The notes under the pieces are model-generated. The model saw nothing but the letters and a program-made list of their open reading frames with translations, ran no database searches and had not been told where the DNA came from. Source: Chloroflexota bacterium (GTDB lineage: Bacteria > Chloroflexota > Anaerolineae > Anaerolineales > UBA11858). Taken from it: a stretch of DNA of 35,913 nt. The stretch lies in NCBI GenBank assembly GCA_039714275.1, contig JBDLJO010000003.1, positions 1 to 35,913 on the forward strand, written 5' to 3'. Shown piece after piece: positions 8,822 through 18,431 of this stretch. Made by a program: the position numbers and the translations under genes. Every line of letters begins with the position of its first letter. Position 1 is the first letter of the stretch.

Positions 8822-10108
8822 ATGGCTGAAAAAAAGAAACCATTTATTTCCAATCGTAAACATGTGGCCCGTTTTGAACGTGAAGCGTTACAAAAACGCA
8901 GGCTGATGATTGGATTTTCAATTGTTGCCATCCTGGTAATATCGCTCTCCGTTTACGGCATTGTTAAAGAGCGCGTGCTGGATCCCAAAAAACCCCTCGT
9001 CACAGTCAATGAAACTGAATACACTGTCCGAGACTTTCAAGTTTGGGGTCGTTTTAAACGTTATCAGCTTGTTAACCAATATGGCAATTATCTTAACATC
9101 ATGCAAAGCTATAATGATCCCGAAACCCAAGGCTACTTTAAAACAAATCTGCAGCAAATAGAATATCAGCTAGAACCAACATTTTTGGGTGCCGAGATTT
9201 TAGGGGAGCTAACTGAAGACGCGCTAATCCGCCAGGAGGCTGAGAGATTGGGTATTAGCATCAGCCAGGAGGAAGCCGAAAGCTATATCGCCAACGCATA
9301 CTTTAATTACTATCCTGAAGGCACACCAACTCCTGAACCAACAAGTGCACCGCTGCCAACTTCAACGCTTTCCGCGATTCAAATGACTCTTGTACCGCCA
9401 ACAGCGACACCGGAGGGGTCGGTTGATGAAGTTGAGACTGTACCAACTGAGGTGGTAGAAACCGAATCCAGTGAAGAACTGCCCAGCCCAACCCCCTACA
9501 CGGAAGAAGCTTTCCAAGGGCAATTTAATGAATTTCTAGAAATTCTGAACAGCTATGCCGAAGTTACTCACGAAGATCTGATTTGGCTTATCCAGAGCGA
9601 TCTGTATCGCGACCGGGTAGTTAAAGCTGTTACAGCAGATATGGAAACAACTGAAGATCAAGTTTGGGCGCGGCACATTCTTGTTGAAGATGAAGAAACC
9701 GCAAACGAAATTCTGGCTCGTCTTGAAGCTGGTGAAGATTTTGCCGATCTAGCGGTAGCGTTATCAACCGATACCGGCAGCGGCGCCAATGGTGGTGATC
9801 TAGGCTGGTTCAGCCCTGGTTCAATGGTTTTACCTTTTGAAGAGGCTGCTTTTGGTCTAGAGATTGGCGAGATTAGTGAAGCAATTGAAACTCAATTCGG
9901 GTGGCATATTATTCAAACTTTGGGTCATGAAACCCGCCCTATCAGTGCTTCTCGATTGAACACTTTGCAGGTAGAAGTTTTCCAAGCCTGGCTTGAGGCG
10001 CAGCGTGCCGATGCCATTATCGATATTGAACCAAACTGGATGGAGTTTGTTCCTATGGACCCAGCCATCCCGGCACAATATTTACAGCAAAACCAGCAAA
10101 CGCCCTGA
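8822..10108 (+). CDS. Membrane-anchored parvulin-type peptidyl-prolyl isomerase (PrsA/SurA/PpiD-like foldase)
   Basis: N-terminal TM segment, Pro/Thr-rich linker, VWARHILV...FADLA..LSTD.GS..NGGDLGWF...FEEAAF...ETQFGWHII rotamase domain. Confidence 0.9.
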   Translation: MAEKKKPFISNRKHVARFEREALQKRRLMIGFSIVAILVISLSVYGIVKERVLDPKKPLVTVNETEYTVRDFQVWGRFKRYQLVNQYGNYLNIMQSYNDPETQGYFKTNLQQIEYQLEPTFLGAEILGELTEDALIRQEAERLGISISQEEAESYIANAYFNYYPEGTPTPEPTSAPLPTSTLSAIQMTLVPPTATPEGSVDEVETVPTEVVETESSEELPSPTPYTEEAFQGQFNEFLEILNSYAEVTHEDLIWLIQSDLYRDRVVKAVTADMETTEDQVWARHILVEDEETANEILARLEAGEDFADLAVALSTDTGSGANGGDLGWFSPGSMVLPFEEAAFGLEIGEISEAIETQFGWHIIQTLGHETRPISASRLNTLQVEVFQAWLEAQRADAIIDIEPNWMEFVPMDPAIPAQYLQQNQQTP

Positions 10109-10131
10109 TCTGATCGCGATTTTGTAGGCAA

Positions 10132-10178
10132 AATTAAAAAAAGAGATGGATCTTATCGAATCCATCTCTTTTTTAATT
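10132..10178. terminator. Bidirectional intrinsic terminator between the convergent PPIase gene and rph
   Basis: A7-GAGATGGAT / ATCCATCTC-T6. Confidence 0.85.
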
Positions 10179-10197
10179 TATTTAAGTAAAATCGCGA

Positions 10198-10920
10198 TCA
10201 CCGTTTGGATAAAACTTCCTGCTGTATCACCAATAACTCCGCGATGCCGCTCTCGGCTAAGTTCAACATAGAGTCCAGGTCTGCGCGTCGAAATGGCGCT
10301 CCCTCAGCTGTACCTTGAACCTCGATCAATTCCCCTGCTGCGTTGATAACAATATTAACGTCTACATCTGCAGCGAAATCTTCCTCGTAGCATAAATCCA
10401 ATACAGGTGTCCCAGCAATCATACCCACGCTAATCGCGGCCAGCGGAGATATAATCACATTCGGAGGAATCTCCCCTTTCGCAATTAATTTATTCAAGGC
10501 AAGGGCCAAAGCTACATAACTTCCGGTAATCGAGGCTGTACGTGTGCCGCCATCAGCCTGAATTACATCACAATCAATCGTACATGTACGTGGACCTAAT
10601 TTTTCTAAATCCACAGCAGCACGCAAACTGCGACCAATCAGGCGTTTTATCTCTTGAGTACGGCCTTTTAATCCACGAGTCTCGCGAGACGTACGCGTGT
10701 GGGTTGATCTTGGCAGCAAGGCATATTCGGCAGTTACCCACCCTCCGGGCAATCCCTGAGCTTGCTTCCAGCGCGGCGCACCTTCTTCAATGGTGACATT
10801 GCAAAGTACTTTTGTGTTACCCATTTCAAATAATACAGATCCTTCTGGGTAAGCAACATAATCAAGTGTCATGCGCACGGGGCGCATTTGGTCCAATTGG
10901 CGGCCATCACTGCGTTTCAT
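10198..10920 (-). CDS. rph: Ribonuclease PH
   Basis: MKRSDGR, GWVTAEYALLPRST, GRTQEIKRLIGRSLRA, CDVIQADGGTRTASITG, EVQGTAEG; start at ATG 10920 after GAAGGA. Confidence 0.97.
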   Translation of the reverse strand: MKRSDGRQLDQMRPVRMTLDYVAYPEGSVLFEMGNTKVLCNVTIEEGAPRWKQAQGLPGGWVTAEYALLPRSTHTRTSRETRGLKGRTQEIKRLIGRSLRAAVDLEKLGPRTCTIDCDVIQADGGTRTASITGSYVALALALNKLIAKGEIPPNVIISPLAAISVGMIAGTPVLDLCYEEDFAADVDVNIVINAAGELIEVQGTAEGAPFRRADLDSMLNLAESGIAELLVIQQEVLSKR

Positions 10921-11010
10921 CGAATATCCTTCATATAAATTATCCAACACTTTTTCAAAAAAGGAATTGAAACTCACCTGTAAACGTGAGTTCTCACATC
11001 CTGATCATTT

Positions 11011-14000
11011 TTACGACTCCATCACTTCTGCAACTTGATCCAATTTCAAACTGATCACCTGACTGGCGGTATCACGTCCCATTGTGACGCCATAAATAAC
11101 ATCGGCTACTTGAACGGTATTGCGATTATGCGTGATCACGATGAACTGTGTATTCTTACTCAATTCACTGAGCAAATCACGAAAACGCCCAACATTAGCC
11201 TCATCAAGCATAGCATCAACTTCATCCAGGACACAGAATGGCGTGGGTGACACTTTTAATAACGAGAACACCAGTGCGGTAGCGGTAAGACTTCTCTCAC
11301 CCCCTGATAACAGCGACAGGTTTTGCGTACGACGCCCGGGCAAACGTGCATCGATATCAATACCCGTATCCGTTAAATTTTCTGGATCGGTTAAAACCAA
11401 ACGGGCAGAACCACCACCGAATAAACGCGTAAATATCTCTCGGAATTCTATGGCCACGGCATCGAAAGTTTTACGAAATTCGCGTTCCATTAATAAATCT
11501 AACTCTGCAATCACTTCCTTGACATCCGTCTCAGCACGCTTCAAATCATCAACTTGTGTGTTCATAAAGGTGAAACGCTGATTCACTTCTTCATACTCTT
11601 GCTGCGCTTCGGGGTTAACAGCCCCCATGCGGCGCAATTGGGCTCTTTGTTGTTTAATCGTTTCACCCATACCTTTGGGCAATTCCAACACGGTGGGCAG
11701 CTGTTCAACAAAATCACCCAGGGGCAGCGGTGTAGGACCCGAGACATCTTCTGCGTAAGAAAATGACACTAAACCAAAATCGGCTTCAACCCGCTCTCGT
11801 AAACGATCCAACGATTCTTGACGCCTTGACAAAGTTAATTGTGCTTGAGCATGGCGACGATCTGATGCGCTCAGTGATTGTCGGGCTGCTGCTTCATCTT
11901 CTTGCAAGTCCATTTGCTGGTTTTCAGAGCTCTCCAATTCATCTTCGGCCGGATCAATCAAAGCCATCAAGGTTTTTACTTGCTCGGTAACTTTTGATTC
12001 CTGTTCGCGAAGACCAGTCATTTTTTGATCAAGCTCATCAGCTTCGATACCCAACGCCGACAAGCGCCTGGTCAATGATAATTTATCTTGCTTTGCTTGA
12101 TCAAATGCTGTTTGCCTTTCATGATGCCTTGTTTGGGCGTCACCTAGAGCCCGTTCGGCTACTGCAGCCTGTGTGTTCCAATGGCTAACTTGGGTTTGAA
12201 AAGATTCTGATGATAAGCCAATCAAAGCATTTTGATACTTTTGAAGGTTCTGATCACTTTGGGAAATCGCAATTGTTAATTCCGAAAGCTGGTTTTGAAT
12301 ATCTTTTGTTTCTATTTCTCCATCGGCAATATCAGCGCTTAATTTATTGTGCTGTGAGCGCTGCCACTGTACCTGACGCTCGGTCTGTTTATGGGTCAGG
12401 TCGATTTCAGCTTGCTTTTGCGCAGCAATAATTTTGGCGGAATGGCTGGCTTCTACATCGCGCTTAAGTTTTTCAGTTTCAGCAGCCATCTTTTCCAGGC
12501 TTTTATCAAGTTTTTTGATACGAGTCTGAATATCAGCAACCAGCTGCTGGGCATTTTTTATTTGGGCATCCATTTCTTTGCGCTGACGCGGACGACTGAG
12601 CGTACTCACAGCTGCATCTAAGCCGGCAGTGATCGGACCGCTGGCATGAAATACTTCCCCTCGTAGGGTCACAGCTCGGGCTGTGCTTGGTTTCCCAACC
12701 AAGACACGGCGCGCGGTTGCGTGATCATGGACAATCAAGGTTTGACCGAGCAATAAATCCACTGCTGGTCGCAGCGCTGCCGGCGCTTGGACCAAGGACG
12801 CGGCAACGCCTTCCACACCCTGGGCTGGTTTAACCGAAAGCGGAGGCAAGGGGGCCAGAGCATCCAAAGGAAGCAAAGCTCCTCGGGTGGTTTCTTTGCT
12901 CAAAAGATCCAAAGCCTGGCTTGAGGAAGTTTCATCATGCAGTAAAACCGCATCCAGATATTCACCTAAGGCTGCAGCGATGGCCGTTTCAAACGCTTTA
13001 GGAACTTCTAATTGGCTGCTCAAAGCACCTTTAGCACCTTTCAAACTGCCCTTCTGAGAGGATTTTAACAGCAGCTGTGTTCCACTGGCATAGCCCGCCA
13101 GCGCTTTCTCTGCCTGATCAAGTACCTCTAGTTGGGCTTCTAATCGCGCCAAATCGGCTTGATTTGTGCTGCGCACCTCCAATAGATCTTTTTTCTCACT
13201 CTCAACTGCAGTAAAATGTTGACGATGCGTTATTAGGGTTTGCTCAGCATCTATTTCTGCAGCAGCAGCTTTTTTAGTATCGGCGGCGGCAGCAGACAAG
13301 CGTTGAGCAACCTGTTTGAAAGTTAATTCAGCGTCCTTTACTGCTTGCTCGGTATTCAAAAGTTCTTCACGTTGATGAGTATCTCGTGCACTGCGTTCCG
13401 TTAAACGCGCCTGCAAGCGATTTTGCTGTTGGGTAAACGAAGCTAATTTTGTACTTGCCTGCTGGTGCGAGGTTTCTAAATTTTCGCGTTCAGTTTGGCG
13501 CTGTGCTAATGTTTCCTGTGCCGATTTGACCTGCTGCTGTGCTTCTTCTAATTCCAAACGTAAACGTTTAACATCGGTATCAGTTTCTGCCAGGCGTTCG
13601 GAAAAAGCGATCATTTGCTCATCAAAGCGAGCGCTTTCATCTGACACATTTTGCTGCTGCATGACTAAAGACCGGCGGCGTTCATCGGAAACCGCCAATT
13701 CACGGGTCATTGTTTCACGCTGGGCGTGAAGATGAGACAATTCTCGGTGCCAGGATCCCAGGCGCGCTCGCACTCCTTGAATGTGGACCCGGAATTCTCC
13801 TAATTTCTCATCAAGGATCAATTGTTCTTGACGTGCTTGATCCCAAATAGATTCTTGGGATTTGGCTGCGCTGCGCGCTTCATTAAGCTCACGCTGTGTT
13901 CGCTGCCAATGAAAGCCATACCAATCACGCAGCAGCATACGCAGGTCGTCACGAACTTGTTCATGCTCTTGTGCACGTCGGGATTGACGTTCCAAGCTGC

Positions 14001-14607
14001 GCAAACGCGGTTTTAATTCAGCAAGAATATCTTCTACTCTTTCTAAATTTCTCAGTGTGGTATCCAATCTACGCTGCGCTTCATCGCGACGAGATCGATA
14101 CAAGCCTATCCCGGCAGCTTCTTCAAAAAGCTTGCGACGTTCCTCAGCCCGTAATGACAAAGCTGAATCGACCAATCCCTGTCCAATAATGGTATACGTT
14201 CGTTCAGAGAGTCCTGAATTTCCTAGCAATTCAGCGATATCTTTCAAACGTACTTTTTGTCCATTTAAGCGATATTCATTACTACCATCACGGTAAGCTC
14301 GCCGACCAATGGAAACTTCTGTGAAATCCACCGGGAGCCAACCATTTGCATTATCAAAAATAATTTCTACGGAAGCCATTCCGGCTTGCGATCGTTGATT
14401 CGAACCGTGAAAGATCATATCCACGGTCTTTTTTCCCCGCAGCAGGCTGTAGGATTGCTCCCCTAATACCCAACGGATGGCATCTGCAATGTTCGATTTT
14501 CCTGATCCGTTTGGGCCAACGATACAGGTAACCTGCTCTGCCATTTTAAAAGATGTTTTTCCGGCAAATGTTTTGTAACCTTGTAATTCAATGGTTTTTA
14601 AACGCAT
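11011..14607 (-). CDS. smc: Chromosome segregation protein SMC
   Basis: MRLKTIELQGYKTF, GPNGSGKSN, coiled coils and hinge, LSGGE, LDEVDAMLD, VITHN; start moved to ATG 14607. Confidence 0.97.
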   Translation of the reverse strand: MRLKTIELQGYKTFAGKTSFKMAEQVTCIVGPNGSGKSNIADAIRWVLGEQSYSLLRGKKTVDMIFHGSNQRSQAGMASVEIIFDNANGWLPVDFTEVSIGRRAYRDGSNEYRLNGQKVRLKDIAELLGNSGLSERTYTIIGQGLVDSALSLRAEERRKLFEEAAGIGLYRSRRDEAQRRLDTTLRNLERVEDILAELKPRLRSLERQSRRAQEHEQVRDDLRMLLRDWYGFHWQRTQRELNEARSAAKSQESIWDQARQEQLILDEKLGEFRVHIQGVRARLGSWHRELSHLHAQRETMTRELAVSDERRRSLVMQQQNVSDESARFDEQMIAFSERLAETDTDVKRLRLELEEAQQQVKSAQETLAQRQTERENLETSHQQASTKLASFTQQQNRLQARLTERSARDTHQREELLNTEQAVKDAELTFKQVAQRLSAAAADTKKAAAAEIDAEQTLITHRQHFTAVESEKKDLLEVRSTNQADLARLEAQLEVLDQAEKALAGYASGTQLLLKSSQKGSLKGAKGALSSQLEVPKAFETAIAAALGEYLDAVLLHDETSSSQALDLLSKETTRGALLPLDALAPLPPLSVKPAQGVEGVAASLVQAPAALRPAVDLLLGQTLIVHDHATARRVLVGKPSTARAVTLRGEVFHASGPITAGLDAAVSTLSRPRQRKEMDAQIKNAQQLVADIQTRIKKLDKSLEKMAAETEKLKRDVEASHSAKIIAAQKQAEIDLTHKQTERQVQWQRSQHNKLSADIADGEIETKDIQNQLSELTIAISQSDQNLQKYQNALIGLSSESFQTQVSHWNTQAAVAERALGDAQTRHHERQTAFDQAKQDKLSLTRRLSALGIEADELDQKMTGLREQESKVTEQVKTLMALIDPAEDELESSENQQMDLQEDEAAARQSLSASDRRHAQAQLTLSRRQESLDRLRERVEADFGLVSFSYAEDVSGPTPLPLGDFVEQLPTVLELPKGMGETIKQQRAQLRRMGAVNPEAQQEYEEVNQRFTFMNTQVDDLKRAETDVKEVIAELDLLMEREFRKTFDAVAIEFREIFTRLFGGGSARLVLTDPENLTDTGIDIDARLPGRRTQNLSLLSGGERSLTATALVFSLLKVSPTPFCVLDEVDAMLDEANVGRFRDLLSELSKNTQFIVITHNRNTVQVADVIYGVTMGRDTASQVISLKLDQVAEVMES

Positions 14608-14660
14608 AGTTTCTAATTGTCTTTCAATGGTAATTTTAAAATTATAAATTGAACCTGGAT

Positions 14661-15377
14661 TTATGGCACTTTCCAAGCAGTTAATACTTCTAATGCTGCA
14701 GCTTTGGTGGCAGCCTGTTTACTGTGTCCTGTTCCACGACCATAAATCTGACCGTTTATTTCAACCTCAACTTCAAATATCTTAGCATGGTCTGGCCCGG
14801 TTGTAGAAACAGTACAGTAAGTAGGAGCACCATGACCGTGTGCCTGTGTCCATTCCTGCAAACGGCTCTTAGGGTCTTGCATTTTCCCTGAAGTGTAGAT
14901 TGAATCAGCCACTGATTCTAAAAATGGTTCCATAAACTCTTGTACTGCTGGAAGGCCAATATTCAAATAAATTGCGCCCACAAGGGCTTCAAACGCAGCG
15001 CAGAGCAACGCCGGGCGGGTGCGACCACCCGAATCTGCCTCACCACGACCCAAGAGCATTGCCGCGCCTAAGTTTATCTGCGAGGCAAAATCTGCCAACT
15101 GCTCTGTACGTACTAAAGCAGAGCGCATACGCGTTAGCTGCCCTTCAGCCATTTCAGGGAAATGGCTGTAAAGCCACGCGCCAACTAAAAAATCAAGGAC
15201 AGCATCCCCTAAAAACTCAAGACGCTCATTGTCCTTGAGAACGTCAGGATTTTCATTCAAATAAGAACGATGGGTTAAAGCACGGTGCAGTAACTTAAGA
15301 TCAGAAAATTGAATCTCCAACCGCTGCGCTAAGTCACGCGGTGATTCAATTCCTGAGGCACCCCGAGTGATTGCCAT
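14661..15377 (-). CDS. rnc: Ribonuclease III
   Basis: ALTHRS, NERLEFLGDAVL signature, dsRBD (DPKSRLQEW...GPDH...G.SKQAA); GAGGAGG RBS. Confidence 0.97.
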   Translation of the reverse strand: MAITRGASGIESPRDLAQRLEIQFSDLKLLHRALTHRSYLNENPDVLKDNERLEFLGDAVLDFLVGAWLYSHFPEMAEGQLTRMRSALVRTEQLADFASQINLGAAMLLGRGEADSGGRTRPALLCAAFEALVGAIYLNIGLPAVQEFMEPFLESVADSIYTSGKMQDPKSRLQEWTQAHGHGAPTYCTVSTTGPDHAKIFEVEVEINGQIYGRGTGHSKQAATKAAALEVLTAWKVP

Positions 15378-15522
15378 ATTGATCCTCCTCAGAACTCAGG
15401 GAGCGAGAAATACCCCATCAGGACATCGAGTATCTCGCGTTCCATTAGTTCCAATTTTTTTATTTTAAGCGACACAAAATATACGTATCATGCTATATCT
15501 AATTCGTGTCAAATTTCAATTT

Positions 15523-16761
15523 TTAACCTACGTACTCCTTAATCACCAAAACTGCATTGTGCCCGCCAAATCCAAAAGCATTGCTGACAGCTGCACGGAC
15601 CGGCAATTCCCGAGCCTGATTGGGGACATAATCCAAATCACATTCGGGGTCGGGCGTTTGATAGTTGATGGTCGGTGGGATCACATTATCCCGGATGGCT
15701 TGCACACAGAAAACAGCCTCGAGTGCACCAGTTGCACCCATCATATGCCCGGTCATCGACTTGGTTGAGGAGACGGGTATATTATAAGCCAAGTCCCCAA
15801 AAACCGCCTTAATTGCCTTGGTTTCAGCTGCATCGTTCAGGGGAGTAGCTGTACCATGTGCATTTATATAATTTATCTGATCAGCGTTTACACCTGCAAA
15901 AGTAAGCGCTAGTTCAATTGCCCGAGCACCACCTACCCCATCTTCTGAAGGTGCGGTTACGTGAAAGGCATCTGCCGTGTTTGCATGACTGAGCAATTCT
16001 GCCAGTATCTCTGCGCCGCGAACCTTTGCATGGCTCTCACGTTCTAAAACTAATATGCCAGCGCCCTCACCCATCACCAAACCATCACGATTTTTGTCAA
16101 AGGGCTGAGGAGTCATCGAGCCGTCATTACACCGGGACATTGCTCCGATACGGTCGAAGGCCGCCACGCCCATCTGGGTAATCGTGGCTTCTGCGGCACC
16201 TACTACCGCAGCATCCATTAAACCGGCTCGCATCATCATCCAGGCAACACCAATACCATCAGCGCCCGAAGCGCAGGCCGAAGCAACAGAAAAGGAGGGG
16301 CCTTTTAGATTATGGGCAATCCCAATCATACCAGCCCCGCCATTGGACATCATTTTTGGAATGATGAAGGGGCTGATTTTTCGAGGCCCATCTTGTGCTA
16401 CAGTGATCGCCGCTTCACCAAATGCATCCAAACCCCCAACGGAGGACGAGACAATTACACCAATGCGCTCAGCATTTTCATCGGTAATAATTAAGCCCGA
16501 TTGTTCCACTGCCTCTTGTGCCGCCGCAATGGCAAATTGCTCATATCTATCAGATCGGCGCGCATCACGGGCGTGCATATATTTTTTGGGATCAAAGTTT
16601 TTAACTTCGCAAGCAATATGGACTAAATAATCAGAAGTATCTATGTGCGTAATTGGGCCCACGCCAGAAACACCATTGAGGATATTCCCCCAACTCTCAT
16701 TGGTTGAGAGCCCCAAGGGACTGATCGCGCCCAGACCTGTAATGACGATCCGTTCTGCCAT
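15523..16761 (-). CDS. fabF: 3-oxoacyl-ACP synthase II
   Basis: RIVITGLG, ACASG (catalytic Cys), INAHGTAT, STKSMTGH, SNAFGFGGHN; start at ATG 16761 after GGAG. Confidence 0.96.
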   Translation of the reverse strand: MAERIVITGLGAISPLGLSTNESWGNILNGVSGVGPITHIDTSDYLVHIACEVKNFDPKKYMHARDARRSDRYEQFAIAAAQEAVEQSGLIITDENAERIGVIVSSSVGGLDAFGEAAITVAQDGPRKISPFIIPKMMSNGGAGMIGIAHNLKGPSFSVASACASGADGIGVAWMMMRAGLMDAAVVGAAEATITQMGVAAFDRIGAMSRCNDGSMTPQPFDKNRDGLVMGEGAGILVLERESHAKVRGAEILAELLSHANTADAFHVTAPSEDGVGGARAIELALTFAGVNADQINYINAHGTATPLNDAAETKAIKAVFGDLAYNIPVSSTKSMTGHMMGATGALEAVFCVQAIRDNVIPPTINYQTPDPECDLDYVPNQARELPVRAAVSNAFGFGGHNAVLVIKEYVG

Positions 16762-17017
16762 TTTTCTCTCCAATCTATTGTTAAATAAATTATGTAAATT
16801 ATTGATAAGAAGGCAATACTTGTACTGCCATTTTTGGCACTCAATAAAATGCCCGTAAAAATGGCAGCAATTTCCATAAATAACCCCCAACGAACAAGCT
16901 GGTCGCGTGAAAAACGATCCAGATCACTAGATTAGCGATCGAGTAAACAATACGCTTAATTTCTCTAGCGTGTCATGCGATATGATTTTTAAAAATATAT
17001 TTTGGTTAAATAACCGA

Positions 17018-17482
17018 TTATTCCCCTGCCTGAGGTGAATAATCCCCCTCCACCCATTTCTGCTTATCCGGACCCATTTCTTTCTTCCATACCGGGACAA
17101 TTTGCTTTAGGCGATCAATACCGTAATGTGCGGCTTCAAAAACGCCGGTATCACGATGAGCTGCTGTACAAGCAATCATTACTGTTGGCGTACCCGGAAA
17201 TAAGCGGCCCACCCTTTGAATCATGGCAATTCCCTCAACGGAAGGCCAACGTTCCCGAATTTCAACAGCAATTTGCTTCATCTTGGATTCTGCCATTGGA
17301 GCATATGCCTCGTATTCCAAGTAATCCGTTTGATATGGCTCCCCGCGCGTGGTTTTGGCACGCACCATTCCTGTAAAAAAGCACGCTGCTCCGGTAGATG
17401 GCAAAGTGATTTGCGATAATACATCGTTGAGATTTAGTTCATCTTCTGTGATTGAGAAAATCGTTGGAAAAACGGTCATCAA
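17018..17482 (-). CDS. moaE: Molybdopterin synthase catalytic subunit
   Basis: GAACFFTGMVR, LEYEAY.PMA, AHR, IDRLKQIVPVWKKE. Confidence 0.95.
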   Translation of the reverse strand: MMTVFPTIFSITEDELNLNDVLSQITLPSTGAACFFTGMVRAKTTRGEPYQTDYLEYEAYAPMAESKMKQIAVEIRERWPSVEGIAMIQRVGRLFPGTPTVMIACTAAHRDTGVFEAAHYGIDRLKQIVPVWKKEMGPDKQKWVEGDYSPQAGE

Positions 17483-17490
17483 TGATTCAA

Positions 17491-17751
17491 TTATCCTCCG
17501 CTGACCTGAGGAAAGATCGCCACTTCAGCACCATCAGGTATCAATGCTTCATCAGTAGCAAATTCACGATTGATTGAAAATAACGTTGCCTTCAGGGCTT
17601 GAGCCGCATGCGGGTATTGGGCACTTAATTGAGCACGCAAATCACGGACATGGCTACCTGGTTGAATTTCAAGATCCATTTTCCGTTCTCCAATCAGCGC
17701 TCGCATGGTGGCAAAAAGCAGCAAGGTAATCATATTCATGGATTCACTCAT
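17491..17751 (-). CDS. moaD: Molybdopterin synthase sulfur carrier subunit
   Basis: LLFATMR...IN.EF...[14 protein letters not shown] with terminal GG; lies between moaC and moaE. Exact start uncertain (17751, 17739 or 17733). Confidence 0.92.
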   Translation of the reverse strand: MSESMNMITLLLFATMRALIGERKMDLEIQPGSHVRDLRAQLSAQYPHAAQALKATLFSINREFATDEALIPDGAEVAIFPQVSGG

Positions 17752-18226
17752 TAATGATATCTCCACTCTGCCCACCATGCTTCTTTAATACCCTGATGTT
17801 TGAAATACGCATTGTTTTCTCAACGGCTTTGGCCATATCAATAACGGTCAACGCGGCTGCAGAAACGGCGGTTAAAGCTTCCATTTCGACACCCGTTTTT
17901 GCAGTAGTGCGTACAGTAGCAGTAATGATGACACCAGGTAAATCATCATTGGGTTCAACAGTCACAAGTACCTGGTCAATTGGCAGCGGGTGACATAAAG
18001 GAATCAAATCTGCGGTGCGTTTTGCAGCCATGACACCAGCCAGCTGTGCCACCGTCAGCAGATCTCCTTTTTTAAGCGTGCCAGCCTGGATCAATGTTAA
18101 GGTCTCTGCACGCATATGAACTTCCCCCCTGGCAACAGCCATGCGCTCCGTAACTGGTTTGTGACCAACATCAACCATACGAGCGTGGCCAGACTCATCG
18201 AGGTGAGATAATTTATGGACAGTCAT
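17744..18226 (-). CDS. moaC: Cyclic pyranopterin monophosphate synthase accessory protein MoaC
   Basis: [44 protein letters not shown]. Confidence 0.97.
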   Translation of the reverse strand: MTVHKLSHLDESGHARMVDVGHKPVTERMAVARGEVHMRAETLTLIQAGTLKKGDLLTVAQLAGVMAAKRTADLIPLCHPLPIDQVLVTVEPNDDLPGVIITATVRTTAKTGVEMEALTAVSAAALTVIDMAKAVEKTMRISNIRVLKKHGGQSGDIINE

Positions 18227-18233
18227 GGTCTGA

Positions 18234-18263
18234 ATTATACCGCGCTAATCTTGAAATTGTCAT
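18234..18263 (-). promoter_or_regulatory. Promoter of moaCDE, probably giving a leaderless transcript
   Basis: ATGACA, 18 nt spacer, TATAAT (18239-18234), 7 nt, ATG; no SD sequence. Confidence 0.55.
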
Positions 18264-18431
18264 TGATCATCAAAAAATAACTGTTTAGTACTGTAGAAAA
18301 GAGCGTATTGGATATATAACAAAGCTGTAAGTTACCCATAATTGATTTTATTCCCCATAACTGAATATCATAGACTATAATTAGGAGAATTATTTTCTCG
18401 CCAGCAGGAACAGCCTATCAAGACCTGACAA

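Noticed and set aside
11035-14296. Many short plus-strand ORFs within smc (similarly within fabF, psd/pssA, aor, arsM)
   Set aside because: Antisense shadows of well-supported genes.
16762-16890. Long N-terminal extensions of fabF (also smc, rph, sufS, sufR, Ubl-A) in the ORF track
   Set aside because: Downstream starts have an SD or match family N-termini; several extensions run through promoters or hairpins.
18227-18431. Moco/Tuco riboswitch upstream of moaC or aor
   Set aside because: No multi-stem GC-rich structure seen; moaC looks leaderless and the AOR-unit leader is only about 45 nt.
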